Below, piece after piece: positions 9,911 through 18,641 of a stretch of 64,000 bases of DNA. The notes under the pieces were generated by a model, which did no database searches, was not told the origin of the DNA, and saw nothing but the letters and a program-made list of their open reading frames with translations. Source of the stretch: a virus; the IMG/VR virus record IMGVR_UViG_3300014202_000564; one strand, 5' to 3'. Positions within the stretch are counted from its first letter, which is position 1, and every line of letters begins with the position of its first letter. Position numbers and translations under genes: made by a program.

Positions 9911-11136
9911 CAGATTTTAAGACATATCTAACAGAAGACAATGAGCCGAAAAACATACATCTTGAACATATTGAAGATCTGATGTTCAATGATGGGATTG
10001 ATGGTGTTGTAGGTGCTTTAAACTTCCTCACATCGCTTCGTGATATGCTTTCTGGTCATTCAAGGTTCAGTAAGATGAATGTCACCACCAAATGGGATGG
10101 TGCACCTTCTGTGGTTGCTGGGATTAACCCAGACAATGGTAAGTTTTTTGTTGGTACCAAGAGCGTCTTTTCCAAGAACCCAAAAATTAATTACACTGAG
10201 CAGGATATCATCACCAACCATGAATCCCCAGAACTCCAAGATAAATTAAAAATCTGTTTACGCTATCTTCCTAAGCTTGGCATCAAAGGTATTTTGCAGG
10301 GTGATATTTTGTTTACCGAGGATGAGCCAACGGTACAGGAAATTTCTGGTACCGATTATATAACTTTTACCCCCAATACCATCACCTATGCTATTCCAGT
10401 TCTTACAAAATTAGCGGATAGAATTGGTAAAGCAAAGCTTGGTATTGTTTTTCATACCGAGTACAGCGGAAAGACAATGGAGTCATTAAAAACCTCATTT
10501 AACGTTGATCTTGGTTATCTTCATAACACAAAGGATGTGTGGTTCAGGGATGCTAGTTTTATTGACGAGTCTGGCACAGCAACATTCACGGAGGTTGAGA
10601 CTGACTTGATGGATGCCAAGTTGGTAGAAGTCAACCGTAAATTTAAAAGCATTAACACTAGGGTCTTACAACAGATTTCCATGAACACTGTGTATCGAGA
10701 TCTTGTTAAGATGTACAACAATTCTGTTATACGAGAGGGTCAGTCGATAAAAGATACCATCGTCCATACTAATGGTCTGATCCGTTGGATAGACAAGAGA
10801 TTGTCGGCAAAGGTCCTTGAAGCTAAGAAGGTGGAGACACAAACGAAGCGGTTCAAAGAAAAGTCGAACATACTTGGTTTCTTTCAAGTTCATAGCAATG
10901 ATATTAGGATTCTTTTTGACTTGCAAAATGCTATTGTTTCTGCTAAACTATTGATCCTGGATAAATTATCAAAAGCGGAGAGTACGAAGAGTTTTATACG
11001 GGTGGAGTCTGGGTACAAAGTGACAAGACCCGAAGGATTTGTTGCAGTGGATATCCTTGGCAATGCGGTAAAGCTTGTTGATCGTCTTGAGTTCAGTCAT
11101 GAGAACTTTAAAGTGTCCAGGAGTTGGAAAAAATAA
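9904..11136 (+). CDS. putative covalent-nucleotidyltransferase (ligase-like) protein
   Basis: 410 aa; motif I-like TKWDGAPS, motif IV-like RPEGFVAVD, motif V-like AVKLVDR; GTG start overlaps the upstream stop. Confidence 0.45.
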   Translation: MVTDFKTYLTEDNEPKNIHLEHIEDLMFNDGIDGVVGALNFLTSLRDMLSGHSRFSKMNVTTKWDGAPSVVAGINPDNGKFFVGTKSVFSKNPKINYTEQDIITNHESPELQDKLKICLRYLPKLGIKGILQGDILFTEDEPTVQEISGTDYITFTPNTITYAIPVLTKLADRIGKAKLGIVFHTEYSGKTMESLKTSFNVDLGYLHNTKDVWFRDASFIDESGTATFTEVETDLMDAKLVEVNRKFKSINTRVLQQISMNTVYRDLVKMYNNSVIREGQSIKDTIVHTNGLIRWIDKRLSAKVLEAKKVETQTKRFKEKSNILGFFQVHSNDIRILFDLQNAIVSAKLLILDKLSKAESTKSFIRVESGYKVTRPEGFVAVDILGNAVKLVDRLEFSHENFKVSRSWKK

Positions 11137-11152
11137 TTGAACTGGAGATATA

Positions 11153-12046
11153 ATGGAACAACGGGATTTGGTGATTGGGTCTGTCACTGGATATAAATTT
11201 GAACAAATCTCTCCTTGGGTCAACTCGCTCGATGCATCCGGGTTCAAGGGAATGAAAGCTCTTGTGGTATACAATATGGATGCTGAGGGGGTCAAAGAAC
11301 TTTCAGATCGCGGGTACATCATTCTTGGATTTGAGAAGGACTCTGTAACAAATTCACTCCATTACCCCAAACCAAAATTCTCCATCGTCGTTGAGCGTTT
11401 CCTTCATTATTACCTCTTTCTCTATAGCAAAGAAAATCGCTACAATATAAGATACATCCTTTCCACTGATGTGAAGGATGTAATATTCCAAAAGAATCCA
11501 AGTCTCTTTTTTGATTCATGTGATTTGTTGGGGTCTGAGAAAGCTTGCTCCATCATTGCGTCTTCTGAAGAGTTGGAATACCAACATGAAGATTGGGGTA
11601 AGAATAATATGATTGAGTCGTATGGAACAATTTTCTATGAACGACACAAAACAAATACAATATACAATGCTGGAGTGATTGCCGGTAAGTTCCATACGTT
11701 TCTTGGTTTGTGCAAAACAATTTACCTCACTTCTGCAGGTGCCCCCCAATTTGTTCCTGGTGGCGGTGGTCCAGATCAAGCAGCCTATAATCTATTACTC
11801 GATACCGCTGCATACAAAAACATAACGCTACATACAGATCATGACACTGCTTGGGCGGCTCAATTGGGCACCACTGCAGACCCTTCTAAAATTAATAAGT
11901 ATCGTAGCTTTTTAAAAACCACTGGTCCATGTCTAGACACTGATAAGGGTCTTGTTGTTACACCAGTTGGTGAACCGTATGCTATCGTTCATCAATGGGA
12001 CCGAGTTCCTGAAGTTCGTAAATTTGTTGAGAGGAGATATGTATAA
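11153..12046 (+). CDS. hypothetical protein, possible GT-A-fold glycosyltransferase
   Basis: 297 aa; LSTDVKDVIF is a DxD-like segment; first gene of the sugar island. Confidence 0.4.
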   Translation: MEQRDLVIGSVTGYKFEQISPWVNSLDASGFKGMKALVVYNMDAEGVKELSDRGYIILGFEKDSVTNSLHYPKPKFSIVVERFLHYYLFLYSKENRYNIRYILSTDVKDVIFQKNPSLFFDSCDLLGSEKACSIIASSEELEYQHEDWGKNNMIESYGTIFYERHKTNTIYNAGVIAGKFHTFLGLCKTIYLTSAGAPQFVPGGGGPDQAAYNLLLDTAAYKNITLHTDHDTAWAAQLGTTADPSKINKYRSFLKTTGPCLDTDKGLVVTPVGEPYAIVHQWDRVPEVRKFVERRYV

Positions 12047-13071
12047 TGGCTTTTGAAGAACCCACTAAACCAGCACAACCAACACAAGCAGGTGTTCCGG
12101 TGAAGTTTGTTAAGCGTAAGTTGTTGTTTGTCGTTCATAGGTATGCTCCATTTCCAGGTGGGTCGGAAAATTACGTGAAAGATATGGCAGAAACGGCATA
12201 TTTCAGGGGTCATGATGTTGTAGTGCTTGCGGGTGAGCACAAGGGAAATCATAATGGTGTTCCTGTTACCTCTGATACTTCCATCCTCATGAACAGTTGG
12301 GATTTAATCGTTGTTCATGGTGGTGATGTGTCTATGCAAAATTATGTGTTGTCTAATGCGGATAAGTTTGGGGGTCCTGTTCTTTATCTTCTTATTCTTC
12401 CATCAAATTCCCCCACTTGCATTTCTGCATTGTATAAAGCTTCCTACCTGGGGTGCTCCACCTTAGCGGATTATCGTCATGTTAAGGGGTATAATGTCCA
12501 ACATAAGGCAGTTCGCGTTCGTCATGGAATCAATTGTAATCAGTCCATAGGTCCTCTTGGTTTTAGAGAAAAATATGGCATTACCACCAAGTATATGTTC
12601 CTCTCTTCTGGTGGGTTTTGGCCAAACAAGGGGTTTGATGAGTTGGTCGAAACATTTAACTCTATTGATCGAGATGATGTAACCCTTGTATTGACAGGGT
12701 ATGACAACCGAAATAACATCATGCCTCAGACCACAAAAAGGGTGAAGAGTCTCTTGCTCCACACCAGATCTATGATGCTCTCCGCATTGCGAGAAGCTGA
12801 TTTGTATGTATTGAATTCAACGTCTGAGGGGTTTGGGTTGGTGTTGTTAGAGGCGATGTTGAATGGCACTCCCTGGGTCGCAAGAAACATTGCTGGAGCT
12901 GAAACGCTACGTGAATATGGGGTCACCTATACAACCCAAGAAGAGTTGGTAAAATACATGACGGGGTTCATTGGCGTTCCCCATGAAGATCTAGTGACAG
13001 CACAGAATTATATTATTTCTTCACATCAGATATCACACACAGTTGCCGACATCTTGAGGATTATTCAGTAA
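12046..13071 (+). CDS. GT-B glycosyltransferase (GT1/GT4-like)
   Basis: C-terminal signature STSEGFGLVLLEAMLNGTPWVARN; N-terminal FPGGSENYV. Confidence 0.75.
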   Translation: MAFEEPTKPAQPTQAGVPVKFVKRKLLFVVHRYAPFPGGSENYVKDMAETAYFRGHDVVVLAGEHKGNHNGVPVTSDTSILMNSWDLIVVHGGDVSMQNYVLSNADKFGGPVLYLLILPSNSPTCISALYKASYLGCSTLADYRHVKGYNVQHKAVRVRHGINCNQSIGPLGFREKYGITTKYMFLSSGGFWPNKGFDELVETFNSIDRDDVTLVLTGYDNRNNIMPQTTKRVKSLLLHTRSMMLSALREADLYVLNSTSEGFGLVLLEAMLNGTPWVARNIAGAETLREYGVTYTTQEELVKYMTGFIGVPHEDLVTAQNYIISSHQISHTVADILRIIQ

Positions 13072-13748
13072 TGAAGATGACGTTTGGAATATGTACCAGT
13101 GGCAATGTGAGGCATAAGTCTCGCCCACCACACAATGATCTAAGTAGTTACTATACTACTATTGAGAGTATAAAGAGTCTTAACATCCCTGATGTTGAAA
13201 TTCTTACTGCAGACTGTTCGAGTGGTGTGTGGCTCACAGACAAGAAAAATGCCATCGCAAGGCAAGCTTCCCATGATGTCATTGTTCTCCTGCATGATTA
13301 TTTTACCTTTGATAAGCGATGGTATCAAGCTTACAAAGAATTTGGTGATAAGTGGGATGTGTGTTCAAACCCTCAGTTCCTTATGGATGGGAACCGACAT
13401 TTCACAGATTGGGTCATGTGGTACAATGAAAAGCCACCCGTTCAATATACTTCCATAGAGTACACCAATTGGAGTTACACCAAAAAACAATATATTAGTG
13501 GTGGGTTTTTCTTGGTCAAGAAGCAGTTTCTTCTTGATAATCCCCTGAACGAAGAATTGCCAGTTGGTTCTACAGAAGATGTGGAATGGTCCTTGCGAAT
13601 ACGCGATAAGGCAATGATTGCATGCAACCCCGCGGCACTTGTCATACATAATAAACAGCACAGAGACATGGGTAGAGTTGGGTTTCCATTTCAACAAACA
13701 ACCCATTTTCATATTGACTGGTATAAGAGGATGTTGAATTATGATTAA
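13071..13748 (+). CDS. hypothetical protein, possible glycosyltransferase
   Basis: 225 aa; start overlaps the upstream stop; weak GT-A-like VLLHDYF segment only. Confidence 0.35.
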   Translation: MKMTFGICTSGNVRHKSRPPHNDLSSYYTTIESIKSLNIPDVEILTADCSSGVWLTDKKNAIARQASHDVIVLLHDYFTFDKRWYQAYKEFGDKWDVCSNPQFLMDGNRHFTDWVMWYNEKPPVQYTSIEYTNWSYTKKQYISGGFFLVKKQFLLDNPLNEELPVGSTEDVEWSLRIRDKAMIACNPAALVIHNKQHRDMGRVGFPFQQTTHFHIDWYKRMLNYD

Positions 13749-15114
13749 TCGTCTAGTAATTTTTGATCTTGATGGGGTGTTAGTTGATTCTCGGAAGATC
13801 CATTTTGAGGCATTGAATCGCGCCCTATTAGACTGTAACCCAAAGTTTGTGATTTCCTGGGATGAACACCTTTCAAAGTATGATGGACTACCCACCACCA
13901 AGAAGTTACAGATGCTTACCAAGGAAAAAGGATTACCTACCGGTCTGTATGATTCCATTTGGAGAAGAAAACAAGACTATACCGTTGAGTTGTATGGTAA
14001 TATCGATGTAGATGAGAGCACACAATATTTGTGTGAAAAACTCAGAATGAATGCAATTAAGATTGCGGTTGCCTCAAATAGCATACGTGCTACTATGAAG
14101 ATTGCCCTTTTAAGAAAGGGAATTATGGAATATGTTGACTATATGGTTTCAAATGAAGATGTGAAAAGAGCTAAACCCTTTCCTGATATGTATTGGAAGG
14201 TTATGACTGCCCTCAATTCCATTCCAGAGAAAACCGTTATCATAGAGGATTCACATATTGGAAGACAAGCAGCTCTTGCGTCCAAAGCACACCTTCTCCC
14301 CATAGGTGGACCCGAAGATTTGACGGAAGCTGTTATTGATAATGCCATACATTATTTGGATGGTGGGAAGTTGGTTACCGTACCTTGGAGGAACAATAAG
14401 ATGAATGTGGTTATTCCTATGGCTGGGCATGGTTCGAGGTTCGCACAAGCGGGATATTCATTCCCCAAGCCTCTCATCGAAGTGAACGGTAAACCTATGA
14501 TTCAGGTAGTGGTAGAGAACCTGAATATTGAAGCTCACTATGTTTTCTTGGTACAAAGGGAACACTATGAGAAGTATCAGCTAAAATATATGTTGAATAT
14601 GATTGCTCCTGGATGCGACATCGTTCAAGTTGATGGTGTTACTGAAGGGGCTGCCTGCACAACTCTCCTTGCAGAAAAATTTATCAACAATGATGATCCG
14701 CTGTTGATTGCGAATTCTGACCAGTATGTAGAATGGGATTCGAATGAATGCTTGTACGCATTTACTGCAGATGGTATTGATGCGGGCATTTTGACATTTC
14801 ACTCCCTTCATCCCAAATGGTCCTATGCGAAGATTAATGAGAGGGGGTTTGTTGAAGAGGTAGCAGAAAAGAAACCGATTTCAGACCATGCTACAGTGGG
14901 TATTTACTATTGGAAGAAGGGCTCCGATTATGTCAAGTACGCAAAGCAGATGATCGAGAAGAATATTAGGACGAATAATGAATTTTATGTCTGCCCAGTG
15001 TTCAATGAAGCAATCGGGGATGGTAAAGTGGTTCGTGTCAAGGACATTCAGAAGATGTGGGGGATTGGTACACCAGAAGATTTAAAAACCTTTTTGGAGT
15101 CTCATAAGCAATGA
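13741..15114 (+). CDS. HAD phosphatase / sugar-phosphate nucleotidyltransferase fusion protein
   Basis: N-terminal HAD motif I FDLDGVLVDS, then ASNS and EDSHIG; C-terminal half has VVIPMAGHGSRF...FPKPLIEVNGKPMI (GxGxR nucleotidyltransferase loop). Confidence 0.75.
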   Translation: MINRLVIFDLDGVLVDSRKIHFEALNRALLDCNPKFVISWDEHLSKYDGLPTTKKLQMLTKEKGLPTGLYDSIWRRKQDYTVELYGNIDVDESTQYLCEKLRMNAIKIAVASNSIRATMKIALLRKGIMEYVDYMVSNEDVKRAKPFPDMYWKVMTALNSIPEKTVIIEDSHIGRQAALASKAHLLPIGGPEDLTEAVIDNAIHYLDGGKLVTVPWRNNKMNVVIPMAGHGSRFAQAGYSFPKPLIEVNGKPMIQVVVENLNIEAHYVFLVQREHYEKYQLKYMLNMIAPGCDIVQVDGVTEGAACTTLLAEKFINNDDPLLIANSDQYVEWDSNECLYAFTADGIDAGILTFHSLHPKWSYAKINERGFVEEVAEKKPISDHATVGIYYWKKGSDYVKYAKQMIEKNIRTNNEFYVCPVFNEAIGDGKVVRVKDIQKMWGIGTPEDLKTFLESHKQ

Positions 15115-15641
15115 GAACCATCATTGAAATTGGTGCGCATGCTGGTGTAGAAACTAAACACTTTTTGGCAAGTCCAGATGTAAAGGTGTATGCGTTCGAA
15201 CCGAATATCCGCAGATTTAAGGACCTATTCAAGTTATCCCAGGAAAATCCTCGTCTATATCCCCTTCCATTCGCTATTAACTGGGGGGACAATCAGGAAC
15301 CGTTATTCCATGATGAGAACGATGCACAGGATTCTCTTAACCCCTCTGGAGGAACATTCGGCAAACAGTTCACCATGTCTTGGACTATGCGATTGGATAC
15401 GTTTATTGAAATGTATGGCATATCCAGTATAGACTATTTGAGGATTGATGCTCCATTTTCAGAGGAAGCTTGTCTCGATAGTTTGGGGGATCATTATAGA
15501 ATAGTAAAAGAGGGTAGGGTTAGGGTGTATGACAAGCATTCTCAAGATGTATTGCAGTGGTTAATTGATCATGACTTCACCTTTCACACAGACATCATTT
15601 ATGTTGGTGTCGGTGTGGTTGATATTACTTTTCGGAGGTAG
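15111..15641 (+). CDS. FkbM-like methyltransferase
   Basis: IIEIGAHAGVET at the N-terminus resembles the FkbM-family SAM motif; ATGA overlap with the upstream gene. Confidence 0.5.
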   Translation: MRTIIEIGAHAGVETKHFLASPDVKVYAFEPNIRRFKDLFKLSQENPRLYPLPFAINWGDNQEPLFHDENDAQDSLNPSGGTFGKQFTMSWTMRLDTFIEMYGISSIDYLRIDAPFSEEACLDSLGDHYRIVKEGRVRVYDKHSQDVLQWLIDHDFTFHTDIIYVGVGVVDITFRR

Positions 15642-15644
15642 ATT

Positions 15645-16439
15645 ATGCAGACATGGATTTTGACATTCAACAGACCCACAGCACTGAATAGACAAATTGA
15701 TACATTTAAATCATGGACTGATGTTCATGTTTTTACCAACCATTCTGAAGTTGGGTTATCTGAAGAGAACTATAAGTTGGCAGGCGAACAGAAGATTAAA
15801 ATTATGAACAATACCCTGTCCGATAATGAATCAAATTCTTGGTGTGCTCGCAGTTGGAATAGCATTTTTATAAAGGCATTCAAGACAGAAGAAGAGATTA
15901 TTTGTGTACAGGATGATACACACATTATCGATCCGGTTGGATTCCAAAATTTAATTCTTGCGAACAAAGACCGATATGATTTGATATGGGGTCCTGCAGG
16001 AGATCAATTCTTTTATGTGAAGAAGAGACTTCTTGCTCAAGTGGGATATTTCGATGAGAGGTATCTTGGTTGTTACTGTGGGGATGCTGATTGGTTGAAG
16101 AGGATTTGGCAACAGTGGGATGCGAACCGGTTGTCTATCTCAGAAAGTCATGACTGGGGATTTCGTCATAATTCAATTGGGGTGGAACGATACATACCAA
16201 CACATATTCAATCGAAGGCTTGCGATAAGACCTATATAAATCAGCATGAGGAAATTGTTGCGAAGATGGGTGGGAGAAATAGCATACTTGAGCACTCGCA
16301 AGCCCACTACTGTGCAAAATGGGGTCATATGTTAAATGGCAGCGGTCCCATTTCTAGGGTTGATCTTGCATTTGGATCTATGATAACTGAAATAGATTGG
16401 TATCCTTGGTTCACAAAGAAATATTTAAAAGGGGTGTAG
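15645..16439 (+). CDS. glycosyltransferase family 2-like protein
   Basis: ILTFNRPTALNRQIDT and CVQDDTHI resemble the GT2 N-terminal and DxD segments. Confidence 0.45.
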   Translation: MQTWILTFNRPTALNRQIDTFKSWTDVHVFTNHSEVGLSEENYKLAGEQKIKIMNNTLSDNESNSWCARSWNSIFIKAFKTEEEIICVQDDTHIIDPVGFQNLILANKDRYDLIWGPAGDQFFYVKKRLLAQVGYFDERYLGCYCGDADWLKRIWQQWDANRLSISESHDWGFRHNSIGVERYIPTHIQSKACDKTYINQHEEIVAKMGGRNSILEHSQAHYCAKWGHMLNGSGPISRVDLAFGSMITEIDWYPWFTKKYLKGV

Positions 16440-16441
16440 TC

Positions 16442-16606
16442 ATGCCACATAGGATTTATGTTGATGTGAAGAATGAAGTTGATGCGTCCATCATTCAGCA
16501 GGTCATTCATGAATCTCTATGGAGACAGCGGGCAATGCGGCAAGGGAAAGAAGACCTAACTGTTCATCTAATCGATTTACCGGAGGATAATCATGAGTGT
16601 AAGTGA
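16442..16606 (+). CDS. hypothetical small protein
   Basis: 54 aa from ATG 16442 (track 16397 overlaps the upstream gene). Confidence 0.4.
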   Translation: MPHRIYVDVKNEVDASIIQQVIHESLWRQRAMRQGKEDLTVHLIDLPEDNHECK

Positions 16607-17330
16607 TAATGATTTTTTAAAGAGACAATCCAATTTCTGGAATGACATTGCGAAGACATGGAGTCTACAAAACAAGAATCCTATTGTCGGTTGGTATCAT
16701 GAGCACATGGCATTCCCGGAGTATGATAGTGTATTGTTCCGAGATCTTCCATTGACGGGTAATGAAGTTGTCTTGGAATATGGTTGCGGACCTGCAAGAA
16801 ACATTATCAAGTGGCATAAGAAATTTCAACGCATTGATGGTGTTGATATTGCTCCTGAGTGTATTGAAAAAGCGAAGTTGCATCTTGCAGCAGAGAGACT
16901 ACCTGAGCCTAATCTATGGGTTAATGATGGTCGGTCGTTGGATATGATTCCTTCAGCGGGTACCAATCCATATGATTCTAGCCAGTTCCCCGGTTACGAT
17001 TTGGTGTTCATGGTTATCAGTCACCAACATATCACTTCTCGTTCAGTCAGGTTGAATTTGTATAGTGAGTTTTTGCGCGTGTTGAAGCCTGGTGGATATC
17101 TCTGTTTCCAAACTGGGTTTGGTCCTGGGCATCCCCGTTCGGTGGACTATTTTACAGATTCCTTTAACACCGAATCAGAATTTGTGGACAAGGACGTTCG
17201 GGTTGAAGATGTTGAGCATCTTCGCAAGGATCTTGTTGATGTGGGGTTTGAGTGGGTGGGTCACAAACTTACTCGTACCTGCAAAGACGAGCATCCATTG
17301 TGGATTTGGGTCCAGTGTCGTAAACCATAA
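16593..17330 (+). CDS. class I SAM-dependent methyltransferase
   Basis: motif I VLEYGCGPARN, then GVDI, LKPGGYLCFQTGFGPGHP. Confidence 0.75.
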   Translation: MSVSDNDFLKRQSNFWNDIAKTWSLQNKNPIVGWYHEHMAFPEYDSVLFRDLPLTGNEVVLEYGCGPARNIIKWHKKFQRIDGVDIAPECIEKAKLHLAAERLPEPNLWVNDGRSLDMIPSAGTNPYDSSQFPGYDLVFMVISHQHITSRSVRLNLYSEFLRVLKPGGYLCFQTGFGPGHPRSVDYFTDSFNTESEFVDKDVRVEDVEHLRKDLVDVGFEWVGHKLTRTCKDEHPLWIWVQCRKP

Positions 17331-17361
17331 TATCATAATTTTAAATTAGAAAGAGAATATC

Positions 17362-18048
17362 ATGGCAGATGAAATGTTGCGTCAGTTTTGGGGTGAAGAA
17401 GCTTCTCGTTGGTCATTGCAAAATAAAAATCCATTAGTTGGATGGTACAATGAACATATGGCTGATGAGAAAGAGGGGAAGCTTTTGTTCCGAGGGGTTC
17501 AAACTCACATTGGGTCTCATGCTTTGGAATATGGGTGCGGTCCAGGTAGAAACATCATCAAGTTTAAAGATTGGTTTGGTCGCATTGATGGTGTAGATAT
17601 TTCAAGCGAAATTCTTGCTAAACTTCCAGCGAATCTAGCAGAATCACAGGTTCAAGTGCCCAATCTTTATCATACGAATGGTCATTCTCTGAGTATGATT
17701 AATTCTTCAATCTACAATGTGGTCTTCTCCATCATTTGTATGCAACATATTGGTTGCAGGGATTGGAGATTGGAACTCTATCGAGAGATCCATAGAGTTT
17801 TGGTGCCTGGTGGTTATTTCTGTTTTCAGATGGGGTTTGGTCCTGGACACCCCATATCGGTTGATTACTTTCACAATTATGATGAAACCGATACATCCCA
17901 TAGGGATACGAGGGTTGAGGATGTGGAAGTTCTTAAGAAAGATCTTGAAGATCAGGGGTTTGTGGGGTTTGATTATGTTTTGACGGAACCCTGTCATGAC
18001 GTTCATCCCCAATGGATTTGGGTTCGAGTACAGAAACCCACAGAATAG
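17362..18048 (+). CDS. class I SAM-dependent methyltransferase (tandem paralog)
   Basis: ALEYGCGPGRN, GVDIS, LVPGGYFCFQMGFGPGHP; collinear with the 16593-17330 product (WSLQNKNP.VGWY.EHMA). Confidence 0.75.
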   Translation: MADEMLRQFWGEEASRWSLQNKNPLVGWYNEHMADEKEGKLLFRGVQTHIGSHALEYGCGPGRNIIKFKDWFGRIDGVDISSEILAKLPANLAESQVQVPNLYHTNGHSLSMINSSIYNVVFSIICMQHIGCRDWRLELYREIHRVLVPGGYFCFQMGFGPGHPISVDYFHNYDETDTSHRDTRVEDVEVLKKDLEDQGFVGFDYVLTEPCHDVHPQWIWVRVQKPTE

Positions 18049-18144
18049 CTCCATAATGCAACAAAACGGGCGTTTGAGAGGGTTATAATAAAAACCTGAG
18101 TCCACCCACACACCAAACGCCCACAATTTCGTAAGTGGTTGATT

Positions 18145-18606
18145 ATGTTATATATTGCACACCGTGGTAATATTTCAGGTCCGTCGATAGAACTAGAGAA
18201 CTCCCCCAAACACATACAGGTTGCACTGGGATATGGGTTTCATGTTGAAATCGATCTTTGGGGTAAAGATGGAACCTTGTGGTTAGGTCATGATAAACCG
18301 GTCCATAAAATAGACCCACCCTACATAATCGAACACCAAGATAAATTCGTATGCCATTGTAAAAATGTAGAAGCTATTGACATACTTAATGAATTTGTTC
18401 CTGGTGCACATTATTTCTTCCATGATTCTGATGACTACACCTTAACGAGCAGGGGGTATCTTTGGTGCTACCCGGAGCGAACCCCAGCAAGAAAAAACTC
18501 CATTGTTGTTATGCCAGAAAGATTCACTGATGGTGTTTCTTATTATCTTGCAAAACATAATGTGTTTGGTGTATGCTCTGACTACGTAAACGATCTAATC
18601 TTATAA
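18145..18606 (+). CDS. GDPD-fold phosphodiesterase-like protein
   Basis: IAHRGN..ENS..HVEIDLW..DGTLWLGHD follows the HRG / E / ExD / HD catalytic pattern of glycerophosphodiester phosphodiesterases; short; track start is TTG 18139. Confidence 0.5.
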   Translation: MLYIAHRGNISGPSIELENSPKHIQVALGYGFHVEIDLWGKDGTLWLGHDKPVHKIDPPYIIEHQDKFVCHCKNVEAIDILNEFVPGAHYFFHDSDDYTLTSRGYLWCYPERTPARKNSIVVMPERFTDGVSYYLAKHNVFGVCSDYVNDLIL

Positions 18607-18609
18607 ATA
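18602..18609 (+). promoter_or_regulatory. T4 late-promoter-like TATAAATA box
   Basis: exact TATAAATA 33 nt upstream of ATG 18642; the only exact copy I found next to a gene start. Confidence 0.3.
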
Positions 18610-18641
18610 ATTCCATAACATAACATTCCTGTAGAGGGGAT

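Noticed and set aside
13365-13958. Minus-strand ORFs in the six-frame track that lie inside plus-strand genes. Examples: 433-666, 3124-3426, 7019-7610, 13365-13958, 19607-19945, 25136-25561, 31152-31505, 42307-42912, 46117-46641, 48673-49104, 59259-59738, 60560-60919.
   Set aside because: They are antisense shadows of plus-strand genes that carry strong family motifs or fit the tight plus-strand tiling. None has an RBS or promoter, and their sequences are low-complexity or odd in composition. Only 31697-32173 and 38237-38599 have independent support on the minus strand.
18068-18122. 9-bp inverted repeat GGGCGTTTG ... CAAACGCCC in the gap between the second methyltransferase and the GDPD-like gene, considered as a terminator
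   Set aside because: The arms are 37 nt apart and no T-tract follows. This could be chance or a protein site, and evidence is insufficient.
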